Shown: piece by piece, positions 8,927-19,268 of the stretch | Numbering within the stretch: the first letter of the stretch is position 1 | How the letters are laid out: every line of letters starts with the position of its first letter | Assembly (NCBI GenBank): GCA_020852035.1 | Contig: JADZBR010000175.1 | Span: 1 to 57,838, forward strand | Length of the DNA: 57,838 bases | Reading direction: 5' to 3' | Source: Caulobacteraceae bacterium | GTDB taxonomy: Bacteria > Pseudomonadota > Alphaproteobacteria > Caulobacterales > Caulobacteraceae | Program-made: the position numbers and the translations under genes | Notes under the pieces: model-generated | What the model was told of the DNA's origin: nothing | Database searches by the model: none | What the model saw: only the letters and a program-made list of their open reading frames with translations

Positions 8927-9844
8927 ATGAACCGTCGACTTGTCCGGGCCGTGCTCGCGTCGACCGCCATCGCCCTGCCCTCGGCGGCCTGGGCGCAGTG
9001 CGCGACGGTGGACCCGATCGTCGTCCCGCCGGTGCGGATCGACGCTCTGGACGCCTCCGGACCGGGAGAGCTCGCCCAGCCGTTCGTGCTCACGTTCCGG
9101 CGCACCGGCGTGGGGACTGACCCCATCGCCCTGCGCTACCAGATCGTCGATGAAGACTCGAGCGTGCGCTCGCGCGTCGGCCTGACGCGGGGTCCCATCG
9201 TGGAATGGCAGAGCCCGGACTCCTCGCGCTATATCGGAAGCTCGCGCAGCGAAGCCTATTCCCTGCTCCGCTCGGGCCAGATCGTACTCGAGAAGAACCA
9301 GCAGGCGGTGCAGCGCGACGTCGTGCTGCGTCTGGTCGATCTTCGCAACGAGGACTTCGCCGCCGGCGTCTACCGCGAGCAGTTCACCGTCCGCTTCTGG
9401 TGCGGCGACAACGAACAGACGATCCCGTTCGAGACGCAAGGCGCGATCGCCGTATCGGTGGCGGTGCCCAATGTGCTCAGCGCCAATGTCGCCGGGGCGT
9501 CGGCCGCCGGCCAGATCGACTTTCAGGATTTCGCCCTGCGGTCGCGGACCCTGCAGATATCGGTGCGCAGCACAGGTCCCTATCGGGTCACCGCCCGAAG
9601 CCTGAACGGCGGCGAGTTGCGGCGCGAAACCGCTGTCTCGGCGACCTCGGCCGACCGTATCCGCTATGTCGCCGCGCTCGACGGCGAAGCCCTGGCGGTC
9701 GACGGCGGCTCAGCGCAGGTCCAGGCCCGCGCCGGGCTGGCGGGGCGTCAGATGCCGCTGGAAGTGAACGTCGAAAGCGTGGCCGACAAGCACGCCGGGA
9801 CCTACGCCGACACCCTGCTCCTGACGCTGATGCCGGCCAACTAG
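8927..9844 (+). CDS. Two-domain pilus tip subunit / putative adhesin
   Basis: Signal peptide, 305 aa, two pilin-like halves ending in AGVYREQFTV and AGTYADTLLLTL; follows the usher. Confidence 0.7.
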   Translation: MNRRLVRAVLASTAIALPSAAWAQCATVDPIVVPPVRIDALDASGPGELAQPFVLTFRRTGVGTDPIALRYQIVDEDSSVRSRVGLTRGPIVEWQSPDSSRYIGSSRSEAYSLLRSGQIVLEKNQQAVQRDVVLRLVDLRNEDFAAGVYREQFTVRFWCGDNEQTIPFETQGAIAVSVAVPNVLSANVAGASAAGQIDFQDFALRSRTLQISVRSTGPYRVTARSLNGGELRRETAVSATSADRIRYVAALDGEALAVDGGSAQVQARAGLAGRQMPLEVNVESVADKHAGTYADTLLLTLMPAN

Positions 9845-9850
9845 AGCCCG

Positions 9851-10279
9851 TCAGGACTTCGCTTCGATGCGAACGCCCAGGGCCGGGCAATGCACCGACG
9901 AATGCCCCAGGTCGAGCTTGACCCGCACCGACCGCGCGTTGGGCTGATCTGAATCGGTGAGCATCGTCTCGCCCCCCGGCGACAGCGGAATGCGCTCGCC
10001 GCCAACCCAGAGCGCAGCATGGCGCAGGTTGGCCGGATGCTGCATCAGCACGCGATAGCCGCGCGGCGCGTTGCAGAATTCATGCGCCGATCCCAGGTCG
10101 ACTATACCGTGGCGGTTAGGCCGGACATGATGGCTGGAGAGTTCGACCCGACAGATCACCGGCACCTGCGCACGAACCGAAATCGTGGTGCTCGCCGAAC
10201 CGTCGGCGGCGAACGCCTGCGAGGAGGCGCCGGTCGCGATCGCCAGCACGGCGGCGGCCAGGATGGTCCTGTTCGACAT
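9851..10279 (-). CDS. Small secreted pilin-like protein, convergent with the pilus operon
   Basis: MSNRTILAAAVLAIATGASSQAFA signal; ISVRAQVPVIC and FCNAP match the pilins; lacks the C-terminal AGxY strand. Confidence 0.68.
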   Translation of the reverse strand: MSNRTILAAAVLAIATGASSQAFAADGSASTTISVRAQVPVICRVELSSHHVRPNRHGIVDLGSAHEFCNAPRGYRVLMQHPANLRHAALWVGGERIPLSPGGETMLTDSDQPNARSVRVKLDLGHSSVHCPALGVRIEAKS

Positions 10280-10355
10280 TTGAAGGCCCGCTTGTGGAGC
10301 GGGCATCCTGCCGGGCAAACCTTAACACCGGCCGAACCCGGCCCGCCCAAGCGTC

Positions 10356-11189
10356 CTAGCGGTACCGGATCAGCGCCTCTTGGGCCGCGGTGGCGACCAG
10401 CCGCCCGTCCGGGTCGAAGATCGCGCCGCGGTTCGTGCCGCGCCCGCCCGAGGCCGAGGGGCTGTCCTGGGCATAGAGGTGCCAGCGGGTGAAGTCGGTC
10501 GGATGGTGGAACCACAACACGTGATCCAGGCTCGCGACCTGCAGCCGGCCGGAGTTCCAGTCGATCCCGTGCGGCCGCAGCGAGGTGTCCAGCAACGTCA
10601 TGTCCGTCGCATAGGCCAGGGCGCACTGGTGGATCATCGGATCGTCCCCCAGCGGCTGGCGGGCGCGGAACCAGACCGACTGCACCGGCTCCATGACCGG
10701 CGGCTTGCCGGGCGGCAGGGGATCGACCGGACGCACCTCCACAGGCCAGGTGCGGCGTTTCTCGGTGTCGCCGGCGGCCGCGCGCAGCTGGTCCTCGTCC
10801 AGCAGCCCCTCCGGGCCTGGCGTAGGCGGCATGGCGATCTGGTGCTCCAGGCCCTGCTCGGGCGTCTGGAACGAGGCGGAGAGGTTGAAGATCTGCTTGC
10901 CATGCTGCACGGCGGTTACCCGCCGCATGGTGAAGGAGCCGCCGTCGCGCACCCGCTCCACCTTCAGGAGGATCGGGATCTTCGGATCGCCGCCGCGGAT
11001 GAAATAGCAGTGCAGCGAGTGGCAGACCCGGCCCTCGACCGTGCGATAGGCCGCCGCCAGCGCTTGGGCCACCACTTGGCCGCCGTAGATGCGCCGGCTC
11101 TCGCCCGCCGGCGTATGGCCACGGAACATGTCCAGGTCGATCGCCTCGATGTCGAGGATGCTGACCAGTTCGCTGACGTCCTGGGCCAC
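10356..11189 (-). CDS. tesB: Acyl-CoA thioesterase II
   Basis: YGGQVVAQAL, HSLHCYF, RVRDGGSF, LAYATD, ASLDHVLWFH, QEALIR; GTG start just after the metY stop. Confidence 0.92.
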   Translation of the reverse strand: MAQDVSELVSILDIEAIDLDMFRGHTPAGESRRIYGGQVVAQALAAAYRTVEGRVCHSLHCYFIRGGDPKIPILLKVERVRDGGSFTMRRVTAVQHGKQIFNLSASFQTPEQGLEHQIAMPPTPGPEGLLDEDQLRAAAGDTEKRRTWPVEVRPVDPLPPGKPPVMEPVQSVWFRARQPLGDDPMIHQCALAYATDMTLLDTSLRPHGIDWNSGRLQVASLDHVLWFHHPTDFTRWHLYAQDSPSASGGRGTNRGAIFDPDGRLVATAAQEALIRYR

Positions 11190-11197
11190 CGGCGTCC

Positions 11198-12499
<1,302 letters not shown>

Positions 12500-12543
12500 T
12501 TGAAGCTCCCAGCATCGGATCGATCAGTGACGGCCTTTAGCCC

Positions 12544-13019
12544 GTGGAGATCGGACAAGGCCATACACATCGCCGATTTCGGGCCACCGGCCCGAGCCCC
12601 GGCGCCGCGCGGCGGGAGGCCCCCGCCCCTCGCGCCAATCCGCCCCACAGGGAGATCCGCGTTCCCAAGGCCGCGGAGCTGATCGCCGAAACCCTTCGCC
12701 GGCGGATCGTGCTCGGAGAGCTGAAGGCCGGCGACGCCCTGCCCCCCGAGGCGGACATGATGGTCGAGTTCAATGTCTCGCGCGCGTCGCTGCGTGAAGC
12801 CTTCCGCGTGCTGGAGGCCGAGGCGCTCATCGAGGTCAAGAGCGGGCCGATCAGCTGGAGCTCAACAGGGCGGCCCTGGAAAGCCACCGAGTGCTTTACG
12901 GGATGCTGGAGCAACGCAACCCGGACGGCGGCCGAGGCGGCCTGGCGCTTCACATGCACCGGGTGAAGGACATCGTGCTGTCCGAGCTGGGCGGTGCCAC
13001 CGTTCTCGACCTCTACTAG
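12544..13019 (+). pseudogene. GntR/FadR-family regulator pseudogene (internal deletion and frameshift)
   Basis: Intact winged HTH (KAAELIAETLRRRIVLGELKAGDALPPEAD...VSRASLREAFRVLEAEALIEVKSG) joins directly, in another frame, to an FCD-like tail (LNRAALESHRVLYGMLEQRNPD...HMHRVKDIVLSELGGATVLDLY*, TAG 13017-13019). Confidence 0.75.
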
Positions 13020-13035
13020 CCCACCCTGACGCGCC

Positions 13036-13134
13036 AGAGCAAAATCCGATCCCATTGAATCAGATTTTGCTCAAGAATCCTGAAATTAGAGCATTTTTCT
13101 TCGCCGAACCGGCGACCACTTTGGCAGAAAATGC
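13036..13134 (+). repeat. CIR/RIME-like double-hairpin intergenic repeat, copy 1
   Basis: GAGCAAAATC...GATTTTGCTC and GCATTTT...GAAAATGC hairpins; closely matches the reverse complement of 14429-14527. Confidence 0.85.
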
Positions 13135-13202
13135 CTTAGCCGCGCCGGGAAGGTTTGCCCCTTGCGGGATTCGGCGTATGCAGGGCCGAACTAAAGAGGA
13201 TA

Positions 13203-14369
13203 ATGATGTCACTGTTTTCGCTTCTGGCATGCGCCTCCGTTCTCGCCGCGGTTCCCGCGAAGGTGGAAACGCCGCCGCCGGACCTGGCGCAGATGCGCCG
13301 CTGGACCCCACAACAGCGTGCGGCGGCCTTCAGCAGCGTGGAAAAGATGTTCCCCGTGGCGGTGGTCAAGCGCGGCGACGTGGTGCGCGACATGCCGCTC
13401 GCCGATATTCAGGTTCCTTCAACCTTCACCCAAGAGGGCCGGACGTACGACGTCGCGTCCTTCATGGAGGCCCAGAACATCTCCGGCCTGCTGGTGTTGA
13501 AGGACGGCGAGATCGTGCTGGAGCGCTATGGGCTGGGCCGTGGCCCGCAGGACCGGTGGACCTCGTTCTCGGTGGCCAAGTCGATCACCTCCACCCTGAT
13601 CGGCGCCGCCATCGCCGACGGCAAGATCACCGGGCTCGACGCCCTGGTCACCGACTACGTTCCCGAAATGGCCGGCGGCGCCTATGAGGGCGTCACCGTG
13701 CGCCACCTGCTGACCATGAGTTCGGGAGTCAAATGGAACGAGGACTACACCGACCCGGACTCCGACGTCGGCAAGGTGGGCGGCGCGGTCACCGAGCCAG
13801 GCGTCAACCCGATCGTCAGCTACATGCGCAAGCTGCCGCGCCAGAACGCGCCGGGCGCGGCCTTCACCTACAACACCGGCGAGACCGACCTGGCGGGCGT
13901 CCTGCTCTCCAGGGCAGTCGGCAAGCCGATCTCCGACTATCTCTCCGAGAAGATCTGGGCGCCCTACGGCATGGAGCAGGACGCCGCCTGGATGCGTGAC
14001 GCCGGCGGCCACGAGCGCGGCGGCTGCTGTCTCAGCCTGACGCTGCGCGACTATGCGCGCGTAGGCCAGTTCATGCTGGACGGCGGCCTGATCGACGGCG
14101 AGGCCGTCCTCCCCGAGGGATGGGTGAGCGAGGCGACCAGCCCGCTGCTGCCCACGGGCCAGCCGGAACGCGAGAGCTATGGATACTTCTGGTGGACCCA
14201 GGGCGACGGATCCTACGCGGCCGTCGGCATCCACGGCCAGGCGATCCTGGTCTATCCCGACGAACGCCTGGTGGTGGCGGTCAACTCGGCCTGGTCCGAC
14301 GCCAGGTCTTCCGAGCTCTATGTTCAGCGCGACAATTTCGTCGGCGCGATCCGCGCATCATTGCGTTGA
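13203..14369 (+). CDS. Secreted serine hydrolase, beta-lactamase class C / NylB-like family
   Basis: Signal peptide after AGAGGA; SVAK (SxxK), LLTMSSG, FTYNT, GIHGQ. Confidence 0.88.
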   Translation: MMSLFSLLACASVLAAVPAKVETPPPDLAQMRRWTPQQRAAAFSSVEKMFPVAVVKRGDVVRDMPLADIQVPSTFTQEGRTYDVASFMEAQNISGLLVLKDGEIVLERYGLGRGPQDRWTSFSVAKSITSTLIGAAIADGKITGLDALVTDYVPEMAGGAYEGVTVRHLLTMSSGVKWNEDYTDPDSDVGKVGGAVTEPGVNPIVSYMRKLPRQNAPGAAFTYNTGETDLAGVLLSRAVGKPISDYLSEKIWAPYGMEQDAAWMRDAGGHERGGCCLSLTLRDYARVGQFMLDGGLIDGEAVLPEGWVSEATSPLLPTGQPERESYGYFWWTQGDGSYAAVGIHGQAILVYPDERLVVAVNSAWSDARSSELYVQRDNFVGAIRASLR

Positions 14370-14428
14370 CCCGCCCCTTCCCTGGCCTGTCCCGCAATGA
14401 TTCCGCGTGAATCGGAAGGGATCCTGGT

Positions 14429-14527
14429 GCATTTTCCGCCGAAGTGATCGCCGGTTCGGCGAAGAAAATGCTCTAATTTCAAGGAGTCTTGAGCGAAATC
14501 CGATTCAATGGGATCGGAGTTTGCTCT
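14429..14527 (-). repeat. CIR/RIME-like double-hairpin intergenic repeat, copy 2 (inverted)
   Basis: Reverse-complement match to 13036-13134; its end overlaps the TAG stop of the LLM gene. Confidence 0.85.
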
Positions 14528-15713
14528 AGGCCGCGCGGGCGAACGCCGGGACCAGCAGGCGGCCGGCGAGTTCGATGCTCTTCAATACGGCGGCGTGCGG
14601 GATGGCGCCGAACTGCATCATGCACATCATGCGGTCGGCGCCGATCGCCTCGTAGCCGCGGCGCTTCTCGGCGCAGTGGTCGGCGTCCCCGATGACCACG
14701 CAGTCGAGCGGCTCCAGCACCTCCTGCGCCTCCCGTTTGTCGATCGCCTCGCCCTGGGCCATGCGCTTGAGCAGCACCACCACCGGCGGGTCGTCGTCGT
14801 GGATCACCGTCTCGTTCGGGTCGAGTTGGGCCTGAGCGGCCGTGTCGCGCGCCGAATTGGGGTGCAGGCCGGCCTTGATCATGTCGTACCAGACCCGCCG
14901 CGGCACCTTGAACACGCGCGGCGCGGCGTTGACGTACCAGAGGGCCGACCAGGCCGCGCCGTTGGCGATGGCCGCCTCGCGCGTCTCGGCGATATGGACG
15001 AAGGTGAAGCAGCCCTTCTGGCGGTTGACGAAACGCCCGGCCGGCGTCTGGCAGGCGGCCAGCCCGCGGTCGTGCTCGCGCAACATCTCGCCGAGGAACT
15101 TCACCGGGCTCAGCAGGGTGGTGCCCAGCGCGCCGACGCCCATCTCGCCGGCCATGTAGAAGCTCTCCGGCGAGCCGCAGGTCTGCCATAGCGGCGGATG
15201 CGGGGATTGCAGCGGCTTGGGCACGATCTCGCGCGGCGGCACCCTGTAGTCGGCCCCCTCCCAGGAGAACTCCGGCTCGGTCCAGACGCGCGGGATGATG
15301 TGCATGGCGTCGCGCACCTGGTCGCGCGCCTTCTCCGGATCGACGCCGAAGGTCTCCCATTCCTTGCCGCCGGACTTGGCCAGGCCCATTTCGAAGCGGC
15401 CGCCGGAGAGCACGTCCAGGGTCGCGCCCCGCTCGGCCACGCGCAGGGGCGAGTTGATGTTGAAGGGCGCCAGCACCCCGGCGTGGCCCACCCGCAAGCG
15501 CTGCGTGGTCATGGCGATGGCCGTCAGCACCAGTTCGGGCGCGGCCGAATAGCTGAACTCCGGGGCGCCGTGGTGTTCCACCTGCCACCAGGCCGTGAAG
15601 CCCGCCGCGTCGGCGGCGCGGGCCTGCTCCAGGATTTCCCCAAAGAGGCTCGCCTCGTCCTGTCCATGCCACGGAAACGCCCGCTGGATCTCGCAGAAGA
15701 TGTCGAACTTCAC
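14526..15713 (-). CDS. LLM-class (luciferase-like) flavin-dependent oxidoreductase
   Basis: MKFDIF, WQVEHH, PLRVAERGATLDVLSGGRFEMG, PKPLQSPHPPLW. Confidence 0.9.
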   Translation of the reverse strand: MKFDIFCEIQRAFPWHGQDEASLFGEILEQARAADAAGFTAWWQVEHHGAPEFSYSAAPELVLTAIAMTTQRLRVGHAGVLAPFNINSPLRVAERGATLDVLSGGRFEMGLAKSGGKEWETFGVDPEKARDQVRDAMHIIPRVWTEPEFSWEGADYRVPPREIVPKPLQSPHPPLWQTCGSPESFYMAGEMGVGALGTTLLSPVKFLGEMLREHDRGLAACQTPAGRFVNRQKGCFTFVHIAETREAAIANGAAWSALWYVNAAPRVFKVPRRVWYDMIKAGLHPNSARDTAAQAQLDPNETVIHDDDPPVVVLLKRMAQGEAIDKREAQEVLEPLDCVVIGDADHCAEKRRGYEAIGADRMMCMMQFGAIPHAAVLKSIELAGRLLVPAFARAA

Positions 15714-15732
15714 GCCCTGTCCTCACCTATTT

Positions 15733-15830
15733 TATAACGATTGTTATGTTATCGACCGGCCAAACTCGAGTCAATTTCATAGGGAGCTGACGAACAGCCG
15801 GGTCAGCGCCTTTGCGTAACGATTGGTATG
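15733..15830. promoter_or_regulatory. Two putative operators (CATAACG-NN-YGTTATG type) upstream of the LLM gene
   Basis: TATAACGATTGTTATG 15733-15748 and CGTAACGATTGGTATG 15815-15830. Confidence 0.6.
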
Positions 15831-15834
15831 TCCT

Positions 15835-16878
15835 TCATGCAACCAGCTCAGCCAGGCCCTGGATGCGATAGGCCCGCGCGGCCACGTCGTGAAACATCAG
15901 CCGCTTTTCGTCGGCGCTGAACGCCGCGGCCATCTTCTTGTGCGCGTTCCACAGCACGCCGTAGCCGCACGCCCGCTTGTCCATCGGGAAGTTGCTTTCA
16001 AACATGCAGCGCGCCGGGCCGAACAGCTCGATGGCGGCGGCGTAGTAGGGGCCGTTCGCGGCGGCCAGCTCGTCGGACGTCGGCGGCATGGCCCGGGCGT
16101 GCCAGTCGAAGCCGTTGAAGTGCATATTGAGCCCGCCCAGCTTCAAAAGGACATTCGGATGCGCGGCGACCGCCGCGAGCCCGGCGCGCCAGGCGGCGAA
16201 CACCTCCTCTCGGCGCCCGGCGTACCAGCCCAGGCCCAGCGGCGTGCCGATGTGGTCGAGGATGAGGGTCAGGCCCGGCAGGGCCGCCGCCAGCCGGGCG
16301 ACCTCGTCCAGCTGATGGTGGAAGACCCAGACGTCGAGCGACAAGCCGCGCCGTTCCAGTTCGCGCGCGCCGGCGAGGAAGGCGGGGCTCCGCATCATGT
16401 CCGCCGGGGCGCTGGGCCAGGGGTCGAGCGCGCCGTGCGGGTCGGCGCAGACGATCGGCCGCACGCCGCGATAGCGGTCCGGCGCGCGCGCCATGTGCAG
16501 GTCCAGCACCTCGCCCACGCGCTCGCCCAGCATCAGGTCGGCTGAGCCGAACATCGCCGCGCAGGCCTTCACCGGGCCGAAGGCGCCGCTGGCCGCCTGG
16601 GCGCCCACCCCGTTGGCGAACTCCACCTCCCCGACCGAGCGCAGCTCGGGCGGGCCGCCCGGCCGGTACATGGCCGCGCACTCGGCGAAGACGCTGGCGA
16701 CGATGTTGTGCCCGCCCCGCGCCGGGTCGGCGTCGGCCAGGAAATCGTCCAGCAGGTAGGTGTCGTGCGGCAGCTTCCAGAGGTGGTGGTGGGCGTCGAC
16801 GATCGGCAGGCCGGGCTCCAGGGGCGCTTCGCGCACCTGCGCCAGCCAGTCGCCGCGCACGGGCCATTCCATCGACAT
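15835..16878 (-). CDS. Amidohydrolase-2 family protein (lactonase-like)
   Basis: IVDAHHHLW, LILDHIG, LKLGGL, RCMFESNFPMD. Confidence 0.9.
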   Translation of the reverse strand: MSMEWPVRGDWLAQVREAPLEPGLPIVDAHHHLWKLPHDTYLLDDFLADADPARGGHNIVASVFAECAAMYRPGGPPELRSVGEVEFANGVGAQAASGAFGPVKACAAMFGSADLMLGERVGEVLDLHMARAPDRYRGVRPIVCADPHGALDPWPSAPADMMRSPAFLAGARELERRGLSLDVWVFHHQLDEVARLAAALPGLTLILDHIGTPLGLGWYAGRREEVFAAWRAGLAAVAAHPNVLLKLGGLNMHFNGFDWHARAMPPTSDELAAANGPYYAAAIELFGPARCMFESNFPMDKRACGYGVLWNAHKKMAAAFSADEKRLMFHDVAARAYRIQGLAELVA

Positions 16879-16924
16879 GGCGAACGCGAGGGGCGCGGGC
16901 GAACCACCCTTCGCCCCCCTCTCC

Positions 16925-19219
16925 TCAGAAGTTGACCCCGACCCGCACGCCGTAGGTGCGCGGCGGGTAATAGACGAAGTTGTCGGGCTGCAGGCCCTGC
17001 TGGCCCAGGGTGATCGACTGCAGGCCGTCGTTCGAGATGATGTCGTCGTCCTCGATGTTGGCGACGAACGCCTCGACCCGGTACTTCCGGTCCGGGCTCT
17101 CCCAGGTCACCCGCGCATTGGTGGTGTGGTAGGCTTTCTGGCGCGAGGTGATGTAGTTGTCGGCCAGGAAGTCCACGCGGCCCGAGAAATAGACGTCGAG
17201 CCGCGGCGTGATGGCGCCGATGGCGGTCTCGAAGCGATACTCGGCCCCCAGATTGACCGTGTAGGGCGGCGTCTGGTTGAGGTTGTTGCCCTTGAAGTTG
17301 CAGAGCAGCGTCACCGGGTCGCACCCCGGGCCCGGGCCGCCGAAGCGCGCGGCGCGGGTGATGTAGCGCCCGTACTCCGCATCGGTGAGCGTCACGGTGG
17401 CGTTGAAACGCAGGCCCTCCACCGGCACGGCGGTCAGTTCGGCCTCCAGCCCGTTCACGTCGGTGGTCCCGTCGACGTTGTTGATGCCCGACTGCGTGGC
17501 GCTCTGGATGAACACCTGCAGGTTCTTGATCTTCTGGTGGTAGGCTGCGAGGTTGAGCTGCACCCGGTCGTCGAGGAAGCGCGACTTCAGGCCCACGTCG
17601 AACGAGGTCAGGGTCTCGGGATCGTAGATGTTGCCGAGGCCGGTGATGTTGCCCCCCGCCAGGTAGCCGCGCGCGACGGAGGCGAACAGCATGGTGTCCT
17701 CGTTGAGCTGGTAGCTCAGCCCCACCTTGCCGGTGATGCGGTTCCAGGTCTCGCTGAATGGCCCCTCGGTGACGCCGCAGCTGCCGCCGCAGGCCAGCGG
17801 CAGCTGGTAGTCCAGCGAGTTGAAGCCCGACTTCTTGTCGCGGGTGTAGCGGATGCCCGCCGTCAGGATCAGGGGCAGCCCGGCGTCGGTCTTGCCGAAG
17901 TCGTAGTCGAACTGGCCGAAGGCGGCCAGGGCGTTGGTCTTGCTGACCCCGTTGCTCAGGAAGTTGAACTGGTCGAACGGCACGGTCGGGCCGAAGTCGT
18001 TGTAGCCGAGGTCGCGGTAGGAGAAGTCCTGGAAGTTCTTGCCGTGGAAGTAGATGCCGCCGACCACCCAGGTCAGGGCGCCTTCGCCGTTCGAGGCCAG
18101 CCGCACCTCCTGCGAGAACTGCTTGGCCTCCAGCCGCCAGGCATCGCCCACCGCGATCGGCAGGTCCGAACCGTCGCCGTCGCTGATCTGGTCGACGTGG
18201 CTCTTCCCGTAGGCCGTCACCGAGGTGAAGGTGGCGAGCGGCGCCTCGTAGTCCAGCGTCGCCGAGTAGAGCTGGGTGTCGTTCTCGCCCACGTCGGGGG
18301 CGTCGTGGCAGACCCGCCGCGGGTCGAACTTCGCGGCCGTGCTGAAATCGCAGGCCGAGCCGGCGGGGATGCCCAGCGGCGGGGTCATGTAGCGGGCCGG
18401 CGTCTGCCACCAGGCCGTCGCCGTGGCGGACACCCCCTCGCTCCAGGTGCGGTGCGCGGCCAGCAGCAGGCGCGTCCGCGGGCTGAAGTCGACCGCCAGC
18501 TGAGCGCGGACCATCTGATAGTCGAGGCGGTCGAGCTGGTTGGTGGCCGTGGGCTTGGCCGACAGGTTCTTCGTGTAAGGGTCGTGCTGGGCCGAGACGG
18601 CGGTCAGGCGCGCGGCGACCTGGGTGTCGCCGCCCGACGACAATGGCAGGTTGACGAACCCGCGGAAGGTGCGCGCGTCGTAGTTGCCCAGCATGGCGTC
18701 GAGGCCGGCGGCAAACTCGCCGGCCGGCTTGTTGGTGATGACGTTGATCGAGCCGCCCACCGAGTTGCGGCCGTAGAGGGTGCCCTGCGGCCCGCGCAGG
18801 ACCTCCACCCGGGCGATGTCATAGAACTCCGGGTCGATGGAGGTCGTGCGCTGCACGTAGACGCCGTCGATATTGTAGGCGACCGGCGAATCCCCACCCG
18901 GCGTTGTGTTCTGGCTGCCCAGGCCGCGCATGGTGATGACGTTCTCGCCGCCGGTGACGCCGGCCCCGAACCGCAGCGACGGCACGCGCGTTCCCAGCTC
19001 CTTGAAGCCGATCACGCCCTGTTTTTGCAGGTCCTCAGCGCCGACCGCGGTGATCGGGATGGGCACCCGCTGGACGTTCTCCTCGCGGAACTGGGCGGTG
19101 ACGACCACCTCGCTGACCGTGGTGTCGGCGGGCTCGGCGGCCTGCGCGGCGCCCGCCATCAGCACGGCTGCAGCCGCGCCGCCCAGAAGGCGCGCCCGGC
19201 GCCTAATCATCCTGGCCAT
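16925..19219 (-). CDS. TonB-dependent receptor
   Basis: Signal peptide; EVVVTAQFRE, RVEVLRGPQGTLYGRN, C-terminal PRTYGVRVGVNF. Confidence 0.93.
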   Translation of the reverse strand: MARMIRRRARLLGGAAAAVLMAGAAQAAEPADTTVSEVVVTAQFREENVQRVPIPITAVGAEDLQKQGVIGFKELGTRVPSLRFGAGVTGGENVITMRGLGSQNTTPGGDSPVAYNIDGVYVQRTTSIDPEFYDIARVEVLRGPQGTLYGRNSVGGSINVITNKPAGEFAAGLDAMLGNYDARTFRGFVNLPLSSGGDTQVAARLTAVSAQHDPYTKNLSAKPTATNQLDRLDYQMVRAQLAVDFSPRTRLLLAAHRTWSEGVSATATAWWQTPARYMTPPLGIPAGSACDFSTAAKFDPRRVCHDAPDVGENDTQLYSATLDYEAPLATFTSVTAYGKSHVDQISDGDGSDLPIAVGDAWRLEAKQFSQEVRLASNGEGALTWVVGGIYFHGKNFQDFSYRDLGYNDFGPTVPFDQFNFLSNGVSKTNALAAFGQFDYDFGKTDAGLPLILTAGIRYTRDKKSGFNSLDYQLPLACGGSCGVTEGPFSETWNRITGKVGLSYQLNEDTMLFASVARGYLAGGNITGLGNIYDPETLTSFDVGLKSRFLDDRVQLNLAAYHQKIKNLQVFIQSATQSGINNVDGTTDVNGLEAELTAVPVEGLRFNATVTLTDAEYGRYITRAARFGGPGPGCDPVTLLCNFKGNNLNQTPPYTVNLGAEYRFETAIGAITPRLDVYFSGRVDFLADNYITSRQKAYHTTNARVTWESPDRKYRVEAFVANIEDDDIISNDGLQSITLGQQGLQPDNFVYYPPRTYGVRVGVNF

Positions 19220-19268
19220 CTGCAGATCCCTCCCCGATCCGTCGTTGCCGTGCCGGCCCGCGCCCAAG

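Noticed and set aside
12500-12600. Possible SAM riboswitch upstream of metY (GCTAAAG and a GGCCTT...AAGGCC hairpin on the minus strand)
   Set aside because: The GATTT and TTGC elements of SAM-II/SAM-alpha are missing and the region overlaps the GntR remnant; an Rfam scan would be needed.
13203-14369. Calling the SxxK proteins (here and at 34587..35765) beta-lactam resistance genes
   Set aside because: They lack the KTG triad and canonical YxN of AmpC; motifs fit esterase/amidase members of the fold.
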